Virus record (IMG/VR): IMGVR_UViG_3300022723_000184
Coordinates: 1-64,000 of that record
From: a virus
Lineage: Duplodnaviria; Caudoviricetes
Strand: one strand, 5' to 3'
DNA: 64,000 nt
The notes beneath the pieces were generated by a model. It saw only the letters and a program-made list of their open reading frames with translations. It was not told the DNA's origin and did no database searches. Below, piece by piece: positions 9,376-18,209 of the stretch. Position 1 is the first letter of the stretch, and every line of letters begins with the position of its first letter. Made by a program: the position numbers and the translations under genes.

Positions 9376-10520
9376 TGAACGGCGTCGACGACGTCCCTGA
9401 TCTTGGAAAAGCGGAAGGGATCTTCGCTTACTTCGATCGGCGTCGAGGAACCTGTAACCGCTTGCGAGGCCTTAGCGCCCTGTCGGTCATTGGCCTGGCG
9501 CTGGGCAAACCTGTCTACGTCACGTGGGCTTATAACGACCCTGACCAGAAGCTCTCTGACCTGTTGTATTGTCAGGATCTCATAGAGGTCCCTGTCGGCG
9601 GAGTACCGTTGGGCCCGATGTGGGTTGCCAATACTAAGACGGACCCGGGCCGAAACGCTCTCGACTTCTACCGGTTTATCGATAACCGGATGAGCCAGGA
9701 GCTGTTTTCGTTCCGGTGCGTTGCTGCTCGCCAGCGGTGGAGGCCCAGTGACCAGGTACAGAATCGGATCGACAGGGTTCACGCTCGCCACGGACGCAAC
9801 CTGTCCGAGGTACTAGGCGTGCACATCCGACGCACCGACTTCAACTGGAAGGGCCACGCACCTCTCGATGAGGACTTGTTGCGACTGGTCCTGGACGAAT
9901 TGGCTGATAGCGGTGCCGCCAGGGTCTTCCTGGCCACGGACAACCTAAAGGACCGGGAGATGTTCAAGGCCGAGTTCGGCGACAAGCTGTTTACGTCCGA
10001 GGCCGACTACGAACCCGGAGCGTTCAGGCAGACCAGCATGGTCGATGCCCTGGCCGACGTGTACCTGTTGTCCAGGTGTAAGTACGTCTACGGGACCCGG
10101 GGCAGTTCCTTCAGCGAGTACGCCTCTACCCTTGGCAACGTGCTGCTACGGCACATCGGCTCATCGGTCGACCAGGACCCAGGAACATCTCAGAACAAGA
10201 TAGTGTCGCGGTCACCGGTACCGGCGTCTAACGACGACCCGGACATGCGACCGTTGCCGGAGGTCACTCCCGAGAAGCAGGCCGAAAGGTTGGTCTGGAT
10301 CATGGGCAAGTTATGCCGTTCGGCACCTCGCACGATTGACATAACCAACAAAACGATCGGGGACGGTGGCTTCGACCCGGCCGATATCGCTGCCCATATG
10401 AGCAGAGAGCACCGCATCTTGTTCGATCGGTTCAAAGAACACATACTGGGCCTGACCAAGATCGGCCACGAACACTTCGACGGCAGGACGGTCAGGCCGG
10501 TGCAGTTCCCCGGAAGTTAA
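9372..10520 (+). CDS. GT-B fucosyltransferase-like glycosyltransferase
   Basis: GVHIRRTDF, VFLATDN and ALADVYLLSRC..GTRGSSFS motifs typical of GT11/GT23/NodZ-like enzymes. Confidence 0.75.
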   Translation: MMNGVDDVPDLGKAEGIFAYFDRRRGTCNRLRGLSALSVIGLALGKPVYVTWAYNDPDQKLSDLLYCQDLIEVPVGGVPLGPMWVANTKTDPGRNALDFYRFIDNRMSQELFSFRCVAARQRWRPSDQVQNRIDRVHARHGRNLSEVLGVHIRRTDFNWKGHAPLDEDLLRLVLDELADSGAARVFLATDNLKDREMFKAEFGDKLFTSEADYEPGAFRQTSMVDALADVYLLSRCKYVYGTRGSSFSEYASTLGNVLLRHIGSSVDQDPGTSQNKIVSRSPVPASNDDPDMRPLPEVTPEKQAERLVWIMGKLCRSAPRTIDITNKTIGDGGFDPADIAAHMSREHRILFDRFKEHILGLTKIGHEHFDGRTVRPVQFPGS

Positions 10521-10532
10521 AAAGTACTTTTT
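10519..10532. promoter_or_regulatory. AT-rich palindrome AAAAAGTACTTTTT (copy 2)
   Basis: Perfect 14-bp palindrome at a gene boundary. Confidence 0.5.
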
Positions 10533-10684
10533 GAAATGACCACGGTGATGTCTTCCAGAGAGCGGCGGATGATCAACAACAAGTTGCAGCTGATGTACTG
10601 GCTCAAGCTCAAACGGTTTAGCATCCGCCCCGAGGCCCGGTTCTACGTCCAAGAGCTGCACGACGGGTCGTTGGTCTTCAGCCA

Positions 10685-10872
10685 GTGAAGCAGGACCAGG
10701 AAGACGTCCGGATCAAGATGCGGCGGACGCCTGAACTCCGGGAGACCGGCTTCCACACGCTGCTCGATGATTCCGGACACCAATTGGAACAAGCTGACCA
10801 AGGCCGGCAAGCGTGACTTCGTCGACGACCGGAAGAAGGCCCTGAAACAAGAGCCTTACCAGAAGAAGATGT
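10685..10872 (+). pseudogene. Small gene apparently split by a frameshift
   Basis: VKQDQEDVRIKMRRTPELRETGFHTLL continues as IPDTNWNKLTKAGKRDF in another frame near 10768. Confidence 0.35.
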
Positions 10873-10920
10873 AGCCGCTATACTGCTTCGACCACGGCCA
10901 TGGAGGGCAAAGGAGCCGCC

Positions 10921-11253
10921 ATGAAACTGTGGACACCAAACAAAAAGATTATCCGCCCAGCCGGCATGAGCCGCAGAGGGTTTCTGCGTGCGCTGGGCGT
11001 TACTGCAACGACCGTCGTCATGGGGCCGACTGCCCTGTCCAACGCCATGGCGCAGTCTGCTTCTGGTTCTTGTCTCACGGAGTTCTACGCCTATGCGACG
11101 ACGGGTGTGACGATTCATGATAACGCTTCGCTGCAGTGGGCCAGGTTCTTGTTTCAAAGTAACGAATCCTTCCGGTACTCATTGGAGAAGGTTAAGGCGG
11201 GTCTGGAGCGTAGCCGGGTTTCCGGGCGGCTTCTGTTCGAGGATGTGGGTTAG
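10921..11253 (+). CDS. Hypothetical protein with twin-arginine-like motif
   Basis: SRRGFL followed by a hydrophobic stretch and AMA. GGAG RBS. Confidence 0.55.
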   Translation: MKLWTPNKKIIRPAGMSRRGFLRALGVTATTVVMGPTALSNAMAQSASGSCLTEFYAYATTGVTIHDNASLQWARFLFQSNESFRYSLEKVKAGLERSRVSGRLLFEDVG

Positions 11254-11261
11254 GGAGTGAC

Positions 11262-11552
11262 ATGGAAATGCTCCGGTCAAACATCGTGTACGACTACGCC
11301 TTCATCATCGGCTTCTGTGTGGGCGGCACGTTTATCGTGGTGCTCTGTTGTGTGATAATCGCCTTGGCCGTCAGGGCCATGTCGATTCTCGTCCGCGAGG
11401 CTAACTGGTCCTACTGCACACGGGACGAACTGGTACAGGAGCAAGCCGAGATCATCCGAAAGCTGTCGGACCGAATAGAACTGGACCCTGTAGACGACTT
11501 GCTGAAGCAGCAGGTGGAAACGGTACTCAAACATGTCCCTACTCGTCGCTGA
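11262..11552 (+). CDS. Single-TM membrane protein
   Basis: Hydrophobic segment YAFIIGFCVGGTFIVVLCCVIIALAV. GGGAG RBS. Confidence 0.65.
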   Translation: MEMLRSNIVYDYAFIIGFCVGGTFIVVLCCVIIALAVRAMSILVREANWSYCTRDELVQEQAEIIRKLSDRIELDPVDDLLKQQVETVLKHVPTRR

Positions 11553-11762
11553 GTTCGTCGGACCGCTGCTGGACGAGCTGACCGAGGCAGTCGCCTTCCA
11601 CATGACACCCGCAGAGACCGGGCGATCTTGGCCCCGCTACGCTGCGGGACAGATAAGCCGGGTATGGTCGAGCAGATGTTCGTCCGGACACCGGTCAGTG
11701 ACGAGGACGTAAACCGCATCGAGAAAGAGTTCAAAGGCAACAAAGGGTTGGTGCTGTTGTGA
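11533..11762 (+). pseudogene. Small gene apparently split by a 1-nt frameshift
   Basis: MSLLVAEFVGPLLDELTEAVAFHMTP continues as RDRAILAPLRCGTDKPGMVEQMF in another frame at a CCC run near 11608. Confidence 0.35.
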
Positions 11763-11965
11763 GCAAGCTGTTCCAGATCTACGAGGACGACCTGGCGACG
11801 TTGGAGGCCGACGTGCCCAAGCTCATCGAGGGACTGATCTCCCCGAACATGACCAACGCCCAGCGGGTGAAGATCCGTCGGGTCAAAGAGATACTCAGCA
11901 ACGTGCGGTGGAACTACGGTCCGCCCGGCGAGGTCGAGGAGATCCCTACAGGAGACGAACCATGA
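11759..11965 (+). CDS. Hypothetical protein
   Basis: GTG start overlapping a TGA; native codon usage. Confidence 0.6.
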   Translation: MSKLFQIYEDDLATLEADVPKLIEGLISPNMTNAQRVKIRRVKEILSNVRWNYGPPGEVEEIPTGDEP

Positions 11966-12171
11966 TCCAGCGGATCGTGCGCAAGTGGAAGAACTGGTGG
12001 GCGCGTCGACGGTGGGCGAAGGCCGGCCAGGCTGAGTATCACCCGCTGGAGCTGCGCCCAGGCAGTCCGCCGCAACCGCAGCGGATCGTCGAGATCAAGA
12101 AGCCCGGCGACACTCCTCAGCAGTTCGAGGACAACAGCGACTACGCCAAGATCCTGCGGGGCGAGTTATGA
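11962..12171 (+). CDS. Hypothetical protein
   Basis: AGGAG RBS and ATGA overlap (MIQRIVRKW...). Confidence 0.6.
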   Translation: MIQRIVRKWKNWWARRRWAKAGQAEYHPLELRPGSPPQPQRIVEIKKPGDTPQQFEDNSDYAKILRGEL

Positions 12172-12449
12172 AGCCTGAAGAGGCGAGTGACGAGCTTGTC
12201 GAGGCGGTCGGGAGGACCACGCTGGCCCGCCTCAAGCGGCTGGAGGCTGCTGCGGACAAGGCAGCGGACAAGTTTCACCGGGAACTGGCGTTGACGATGC
12301 AGGTCGGTAAGCCTGTGCGTTGGGAGTACAACGGCTACCCTCAGACTGGACATGTCGTGATGACGGGTTGCGGAAACCGGGTGAAGGTCGAGAACGAGCG
12401 GACCGGCAAAGAGGTCTGGATCACTTTCTACCAGCTGCTGCCGTATTGA
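12168..12449 (+). CDS. Hypothetical protein (possible SH3-like C-terminus)
   Basis: ATGA overlap. GKPVRWEYNG..TGHVVMTG...RVKVENERTGKEVWI beta-barrel-like pattern. Confidence 0.6.
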   Translation: MKPEEASDELVEAVGRTTLARLKRLEAAADKAADKFHRELALTMQVGKPVRWEYNGYPQTGHVVMTGCGNRVKVENERTGKEVWITFYQLLPY

Positions 12450-12603
12450 CGATGCGTAAGAAGCTCTTATGCTGGATCTGGCGGTTCCGGATCGACCCCA
12501 ACGACGTCGAGGCCGTGCTCGGGCGGAAGACTTACCGTAGCCGGCACAACCACGGCCGGCGAGTAATCTCGCTGGCCGAGAACTCTTTTCCCTGGAGGAC
12601 ACG

Positions 12604-12873
12604 ATGAGCGAAGTGATGGAGAAGACCAAGCCCTTCCTGGGGGCTAAGGTCGAATGGACCAGCCAGGCGGGCGGCCACACCAAGACCAAGCAGGGCGAGG
12701 TGATCGCCGTGATTCCGGCCCTCGCCGACGTCCGCAACTTCTACCCCGCGGGCCGGAAGCTCAGCAACCCGGGCGATCCCCGGAACCATGAGAGCTACCT
12801 GATCCACGTGAAGGGTCACGCCCGGAGCCTGTACTGGCCCCGGGTCAGCAGGCTGAAGGTGATCGAGGACTGA
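12604..12873 (+). CDS. Hypothetical phage protein
   Basis: GGAGG RBS; followed by a terminator. Confidence 0.7.
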   Translation: MSEVMEKTKPFLGAKVEWTSQAGGHTKTKQGEVIAVIPALADVRNFYPAGRKLSNPGDPRNHESYLIHVKGHARSLYWPRVSRLKVIED

Positions 12874-12892
12874 TCGAACCGCCGACGAGCCC

Positions 12893-12930
12893 AAGGCCCT
12901 CTCAGGACATTGCGTCTGGGAGGGCCTTTT
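12893..12930. terminator. Bidirectional intrinsic terminator
   Basis: AAGGCCCTCTCAG/CTGGGAGGGCCTTTT hairpin between convergent genes. Confidence 0.75.
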
Positions 12931-12933
12931 GCA

Positions 12934-13683
12934 TTACAGCTTGTAGGGCTTCTCGCCGAGCAGGTCGACGTAGTTCTTGATAGGGTGGCTGCCGCCGTCC
13001 TTGCGGATGGTGCGGAGGGCCCGCAGGCCGAGGAAGAACGTGCCGAACCAGCCGCGACGCTTCTTCCACTTCTTGCCGTTCCACCAACGGACGGTGCCCA
13101 CGTGCCTGTACCGCCAGCTGAACGGGACCAGGGTGACCGGGTCGCTCTTGTAGATGTAGCGGAAGGTCTTGTCCCCGAGCATCTGCTTATAGACGTGGGC
13201 CGCCTCGCCATTGAAGCACCGGGGCTGGCCGAAGGTGACCACGCTGTCGATGTGGCACTTGATGCCGTCGTCGTTGTGACCGCTGTGCACGATCTGGTGC
13301 TGTAGGCGGCTGGCGAAGACCGCGGCCTCGGCGCCGCCCTTGGAGTGGCCCGTGATGTGGACGTGGGCCGACCCCGCCAGGTAGGCCCGGTTCATGAGCT
13401 TCGACCAGCCGCTGTCGACGCTGTCGTAAAAGCCCTTGTGGCATCGGCCCCAGACATGGAACGCCTGGACGATGGCCCTGGCGTCCTGCACGCCGTCGAG
13501 GATGTCGCTGGTCCCTCGGAACGCGTAGATCAGGTCGCGGCCCTTGGTCAGCACGTAGCACTCCAGGCCCATGCCGGTCTCGATGAACCGGACGGTGTCG
13601 TATTCGTCGGCATACTTTTCCTGGAACTCAGGCTCTTCGAGGTACGCGTCTTTGGCCAGGTAGGCCAGGGTGAGATGGTCCAT
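12934..13683 (-). CDS. Lipase class 3 (alpha/beta hydrolase)
   Basis: FRGT, HKGF, ITGHSKGG nucleophile elbow, TFGQPR, DPV and a C-terminal His. GGAGG RBS before the ATG at 13683. Confidence 0.9.
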   Translation of the reverse strand: MDHLTLAYLAKDAYLEEPEFQEKYADEYDTVRFIETGMGLECYVLTKGRDLIYAFRGTSDILDGVQDARAIVQAFHVWGRCHKGFYDSVDSGWSKLMNRAYLAGSAHVHITGHSKGGAEAAVFASRLQHQIVHSGHNDDGIKCHIDSVVTFGQPRCFNGEAAHVYKQMLGDKTFRYIYKSDPVTLVPFSWRYRHVGTVRWWNGKKWKKRRGWFGTFFLGLRALRTIRKDGGSHPIKNYVDLLGEKPYKL

Positions 13684-13754
13684 CGCAACGCCTCCTTGCA
13701 CGCGAGTGGTGTTCGACAATAATTATAAACGGCACTCAGGGCCTGGGAAGGTTA

Positions 13755-13784
13755 TTGACCGTGTGTCACCCGTTCGGGTATAAC
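13755..13784 (+). promoter_or_regulatory. Sigma70-like promoter
   Basis: TTGACC-N18-TATAAC at the start of a long rightward gene run. Confidence 0.7.
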
Positions 13785-13800
13785 CGTTTTCGCCGATCGA

Positions 13801-13897
13801 TCGGGACACAACACCTCAGACGAGCTATGGAGGGCTGTCCGGCCACCGCAGGAGGCGGACCGAGGCGGTCATGGTCCACGCGGTGTCCCGAGCTTTT
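13801..13897 (+). ncRNA. Candidate structured small RNA or leader
   Basis: 9-bp closing helix 13801-13809/13883-13891 with internal hairpins, followed by TTTT. Directly downstream of the promoter. Confidence 0.4.
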
Positions 13898-13950
13898 GCC
13901 GGCTCCGGGCCGCTCAGGGAGGGGCAGCCCGGAACCGGGCAAGGAAACAA

Positions 13951-14259
13951 ATGAGCGACTACGCCTACTTCAAGAAGGGTACCAAGGTCCGCTACGAGGG
14001 CCAGGAGTGCGAGGTCTACATCACGGCCCACAATTCGGCCAGCGTCTGCGTCAGGGTCCCCAACCCTACAGGCCGAGGCCATTTTTTCGACTGGGTGCCC
14101 GGCCACAAGCTGGAGGTGCTTAGCCGGCCCGACAACAACAAGTTCATCCCGCCGCCTACCGCCTTCGTGACCAAGGAGGAACTGGACCGGCGGAAGGCCG
14201 AGGCGAAAGAGGTCCGCGAGAGCGAGCAGCCCGACGAGATAGACCTGGAGACCACTTGA
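13951..14259 (+). CDS. Hypothetical protein
   Basis: AAGGA RBS; native codon usage. Confidence 0.7.
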   Translation: MSDYAYFKKGTKVRYEGQECEVYITAHNSASVCVRVPNPTGRGHFFDWVPGHKLEVLSRPDNNKFIPPPTAFVTKEELDRRKAEAKEVRESEQPDEIDLETT

Positions 14260-14924
14260 TCCGCTTCGTGATCACAGGCTGCGGACGGTCCGGCACGCTC
14301 TACGCGTCGCAGCTGTTCGACCGCGTGGGCATCTCCTGTGCCCACGAGCAAGTGTTTGGGCCGTTGGCCATGAAGACCGGGCGCCTCTCGAAGGTCCGGC
14401 GGAACAGGCAGGGCGAGGCCAGCTGGATTGCGGCAGGAATCCTTCCTGATCGGCACAGCCCTATACCCGACTTGAGCATCATCCACCTGGTGCGTAATCC
14501 GGTGGCCGTCATCCGGTCGATGATGGGCGTAGGCTCGTTCAGCCGACGCAGCAACTATCGCAAATTCATCTACGAGAAGTTGCCCCACCTCAAAACGATG
14601 CCTCCGCTGCACGCTTGCTGCGAGTTTTGGTGCGACTGGAACCGAAGGACATCGAAACTGCGTCGCGACTACGAGTTGTGTCGGGTGAAGGTGGAGCAAT
14701 TGAGCGATGATGCCGCCAATCTCGAATGGTTGGCCGGGTCGCTGGGCTATACGGTGTCCCGCAGCGACATCAGCGAGGCCATCCGGGCGCTGGGGACCAC
14801 GGTGCACGGCAGGAGCCGTGACGAAGGCGTCTGTTGGGACACGCTGCCCCGGGGGCTCCGCGATCAGGTGAGGGACCTGGCTGAGGTCTACGGCTACAGC
14901 CAGGAGGAGCTTGAGAATGCCTAA
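14256..14924 (+). CDS. Sulfotransferase-like protein
   Basis: ITGCGRSGT P-loop-like PAPS motif and LVRNPVAVIRS. Confidence 0.75.
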   Translation: MIRFVITGCGRSGTLYASQLFDRVGISCAHEQVFGPLAMKTGRLSKVRRNRQGEASWIAAGILPDRHSPIPDLSIIHLVRNPVAVIRSMMGVGSFSRRSNYRKFIYEKLPHLKTMPPLHACCEFWCDWNRRTSKLRRDYELCRVKVEQLSDDAANLEWLAGSLGYTVSRSDISEAIRALGTTVHGRSRDEGVCWDTLPRGLRDQVRDLAEVYGYSQEELENA

Positions 14925-15423
14925 GCACAGGGAACGCATCAGGCCGACGCCTGCAGCCAAAGACAGTATCGCCCACATCATGCAGACTCGCTTTGGTGCC
15001 GGCGACATCCCCAACCGGGTGGCGCCGGGCAACTGTTTCCAGGCGACCGTCGCCTCGATCCTCGGCCTGCAGCTTGAGGATGTCCCGGACGAGGCCGATA
15101 CCATGAACCGGTTGCTTGACGAGGGCAAGAACCCGCAGATCCACCGGGACACCTGGGGCCCGTACTGGCTTGATCTGCAACAGTGGTTGGGCGGCGAGCA
15201 CGGTTGGCAGCTGGCAGACATCGAGAACAAGGTCCTGGAAGGTGTGGTCGACGACATGGTGTACATTGCCAACGGTCCGAGCCCCAGGGGCCTGACGCAC
15301 TCGACGGTGTACTACGGGGCCAACATGATTCACGACCCGCACCCGGACGGCGGCGGCATCAGACGTGTGGACCACCTCACGCTGTTGATCCCGGTGGCCC
15401 CGGCAAGGATGACGATCAAATGA
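14917..15423 (+). CDS. Hypothetical protein, possible papain-like (C39-like) fold
   Basis: GNCFQATVASILG ... HSTVYYG ... HDP pattern. Confidence 0.5.
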   Translation: MPKHRERIRPTPAAKDSIAHIMQTRFGAGDIPNRVAPGNCFQATVASILGLQLEDVPDEADTMNRLLDEGKNPQIHRDTWGPYWLDLQQWLGGEHGWQLADIENKVLEGVVDDMVYIANGPSPRGLTHSTVYYGANMIHDPHPDGGGIRRVDHLTLLIPVAPARMTIK

Positions 15424-15983
15424 AATTGGAAATCGGACCAGGCAGGCATCCGCAGCCCGGCTTTACCACGGTCGACGTCGACCCCGCCGTGAAGCCTGAT
15501 CTGCTCGTGGACGCCGCCGGCCGGATCCCGGTCGACGACGGCAGCTGTGAGATCGTGTTCGCCAGCCACATCCTGGAGCACATCCCGTGGTATCAGAGCC
15601 AGGATGCCTTGCGTGAGTGGGTGCGTGTCCTGAAGCCTGGCGGCCGGCTGGAGGTCTGGGTGCCCAACGGCCTGAAGATCTGCAAGGCGTTCGTCGCTGC
15701 CGAGGAGGCAGGCGACGACAGCGGGATGCGGGAGGACGGCTGGTACCGCAACAACCCCGACAAGATCCCGGCCGTGTGGGCCGCCGGCCGCATCTTCACG
15801 TACGGCGACGGTCGGGGCACGCTCAACCACCCCAACTGGCACCGGGCCCTGTTCAGTCCCAAGTACCTCAGGGGCCTGCTCAAGCGTGCGGGCCTCCGCG
15901 ACGTGCGGATGCTCGACCCGAAGACCGAACGCCGTGGGCCGTCCCACGGCTGGATCGACATGGGGGCGACCGGAACCCGATGA
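15420..15983 (+). CDS. SAM-dependent methyltransferase
   Basis: KLEIGPG motif I, then ASHILEHIP and WVRVLKPGGRLEVWVPN. Confidence 0.85.
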   Translation: MKLEIGPGRHPQPGFTTVDVDPAVKPDLLVDAAGRIPVDDGSCEIVFASHILEHIPWYQSQDALREWVRVLKPGGRLEVWVPNGLKICKAFVAAEEAGDDSGMREDGWYRNNPDKIPAVWAAGRIFTYGDGRGTLNHPNWHRALFSPKYLRGLLKRAGLRDVRMLDPKTERRGPSHGWIDMGATGTR

Positions 15984-16171
15984 CGACCAAAGGCACTTTG
16001 CAGGAAATCGTTGAGGTTGAGAGGTACCAGGTGTTCGGTTGCGCCCGCCACTCCTACTCGGCAACGGTTCACCTGAAGTGCGGTTGCCGCCTGTGGTACA
16101 AGGCCTCCCAGGTCCCGAAGAGCCGGGCCCGTTGTGACGGCCGGTGCAAAGAGGACTGGAACTACGCATGA
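15980..16171 (+). CDS. Small Cys-rich hypothetical protein
   Basis: ATGA overlap; HLKCGC...RCDGRC. Confidence 0.5.
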   Translation: MTTKGTLQEIVEVERYQVFGCARHSYSATVHLKCGCRLWYKASQVPKSRARCDGRCKEDWNYA

Positions 16172-16237
16172 GCCGCGCCATCACCTTCATCGATCTGAAG
16201 AACGACCTGCCGTGCTGTGAGCTGGAGGAGCTGCAAG

Positions 16238-16501
16238 GTGCCTGACGCCAAACGACAAGAAGCCAGGCGGACGCACCGCGGCTACATCATCGAGGTGCAC
16301 CGTGACAAGTGCCTCGGCGGGTGGGGCCAGTGGTACTACACCGTCAGCCGACGCAGCGGCCTGATCGTGCTCGACAACTTCGAGGACTCCAACGAGACCC
16401 TCGACGACATGATCAAGAACATGAAGATCCGGATCGACAACGAACTGGCCAGCGACGACCCCTGGGGTCTGAAGGCCAAGAGGGCGGTGTACGGTGCTTG
16501 A
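16238..16501 (+). CDS. Hypothetical protein
   Basis: GGAGGAG RBS and GTG start; overlaps the next gene. Confidence 0.6.
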   Translation: MPDAKRQEARRTHRGYIIEVHRDKCLGGWGQWYYTVSRRSGLIVLDNFEDSNETLDDMIKNMKIRIDNELASDDPWGLKAKRAVYGA

Positions 16502-16826
16502 GCTGCTCTGCCACCTCGTCGGCGACTACTGCCTCCAGAACCAGTGGATGGCCAGCAACAAGGTCAAGCGGTCGTGGCCCTGCCTCGTCCACTGTCTGTT
16601 GTACACGCTGCCGTTCTTGCTGCTGACGCAGGACTGGGCCGACCTGGCCATCATCTTCAGCACGCACTTCCTGATCGACCGGTTCAGGTTGGCGAGCTAC
16701 TGGGTCCACTGGTACGGGATTGGTAAGGGCGACAACGTCCCGGCGTTCCTTTCGGTGTGGTTGACGATCATCGTAGATAACACCGCGCACCTGGCTATCA
16801 ACCACGTGGTGCTGAACTATGTGTGA
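16494..16826 (+). CDS. DUF3307-like membrane protein
   Basis: HLVGDY.LQ..WMA..K, H..LY, HF.IDR and DNT.H motifs. Confidence 0.75.
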   Translation: MLELLCHLVGDYCLQNQWMASNKVKRSWPCLVHCLLYTLPFLLLTQDWADLAIIFSTHFLIDRFRLASYWVHWYGIGKGDNVPAFLSVWLTIIVDNTAHLAINHVVLNYV

Positions 16827-17118
16827 GCGCGGCGACATCGTCCACATACCGATCGGTGGTCGGGTGTGCGACATCGACCGGTGCATCAGCCACATCGTGG
16901 CGGCGCTCAACGCCGGCGGTCTCAAGACCGTGGCCTGCTGTTGCGGGCACGGACACCGGCCGGGCTCGATTATCTTGGAGGACGGTCGTGAACTGATCGT
17001 GATGCCGGACTGGGATTCGGCCAGGCTGCTCGACCCGCTCTACCCCGACATACACGGGGAGCGACTGGACAAGAGCCTGGGCGATCCGGTGAACGCCAAG
17101 CTGGTCCCCAAGATCTAG
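16819..17118 (+). CDS. Hypothetical protein
   Basis: IDRCISHIVAALNAGGLKTVACCCGHG motif; overlaps the upstream stop. Confidence 0.65.
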   Translation: MCERGDIVHIPIGGRVCDIDRCISHIVAALNAGGLKTVACCCGHGHRPGSIILEDGRELIVMPDWDSARLLDPLYPDIHGERLDKSLGDPVNAKLVPKI

Positions 17119-17127
17119 GAAGCAGAC

Positions 17128-17964
17128 GTGAACAGCCGGACGATCGACGACATGAACGAGGCGATCAAGGCCAACCTGCACAAGGTGCCCTGGCATCCTC
17201 ACGTCGTGGCCGGCGTCCACAAGAGCGGGATGCTCGCCGCGTCGATCTGGGCCTCGCACCTCAACGTGCCGGTCGTCCCGCTCCGCCAGCTCTGGGAGGC
17301 GCCGTGGGTCTACGCAGGCCTGCGTGCCGGGATCAAGGACCAGGACACCTTCCTGATGAAGGCGACCCGGGTCTTGGTCCTGGAGGACGCCGCGGGCACC
17401 GGCAAGACCTCGGCCAAGGAGTTCGCCAAGCTCCCCAAGAAGTTCAAGTACTTCAAGGTCTGCGTGTTCGGCACCAAACCGGGCGTGCCGGGCTTCGACC
17501 TGGTGTGCGACGTGTGCTCCGGCCCCCGGATCTTCGAGTGGAACTGGCGGGACAACAAGCTGCTGGAGAGCAGCATCCTGGACATCGACGGTGTGCTGTG
17601 CCCGGACCCCCCGACGCCCGAGGAGCGGACCGGCCCCTACATCAAGCACATCCAGACGGCCCGCCCGCTCTACGTGCCGAAGCGGAAGGTGCTGGTCCTG
17701 GCCACCAGCCGCCTGGAGAAGTACCGCAAGCACACCGAGCAGTGGTTGGCCAAGAACAAGATCGAGTACGGCACGCTGTACATGGCACAGTTCGACACCC
17801 CGGCCGAGCGACGCAAGTTCGGCAACTTCCGGACCAAGGCCAACGTGTACGCCAACCGGAAGGATGCCCGCCTGTTTGTCGAGAGCCACGACAAACAGGC
17901 CGCTTGGATCCAGCGGGAGACCGGCCGGCCGGTGTTCAGCGTTGAGAGCAGGAGACTGGTTTGA
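17128..17964 (+). CDS. Type I PRTase-fold + HAD phosphatase fusion (paralog 1)
   Basis: VLVLEDAAGTG PRPP loop and DIDGVLC HAD motif I; extensive identity to 24065..24958. Confidence 0.75.
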   Translation: MNSRTIDDMNEAIKANLHKVPWHPHVVAGVHKSGMLAASIWASHLNVPVVPLRQLWEAPWVYAGLRAGIKDQDTFLMKATRVLVLEDAAGTGKTSAKEFAKLPKKFKYFKVCVFGTKPGVPGFDLVCDVCSGPRIFEWNWRDNKLLESSILDIDGVLCPDPPTPEERTGPYIKHIQTARPLYVPKRKVLVLATSRLEKYRKHTEQWLAKNKIEYGTLYMAQFDTPAERRKFGNFRTKANVYANRKDARLFVESHDKQAAWIQRETGRPVFSVESRRLV

Positions 17965-18209
17965 TGGATGAGCGGTTGGAAGCCTTGGCGAAGCAGTACC
18001 GCGACACCTGCGACGCCTTCGATAACGCCTGGTGCTCGGCGCCGCCGCGGGAGCCCGGCGGCAGCAACATGCCGGCCAACGACCATGAACGGATGGTCAT
18101 GGCCCGCAACTCCCGCAACGTGCTGGCCAGGATCCTGATCGAGAACCCCGACATCCGGCGGCGGGATCTACAGGATGCGATTCAGAGGACGGCGCTGTGC
18201 AAGAAGTAG
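17961..18209 (+). CDS. Hypothetical protein
   Basis: Overlapping start; native codon usage. Confidence 0.55.
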   Translation: MMDERLEALAKQYRDTCDAFDNAWCSAPPREPGGSNMPANDHERMVMARNSRNVLARILIENPDIRRRDLQDAIQRTALCKK

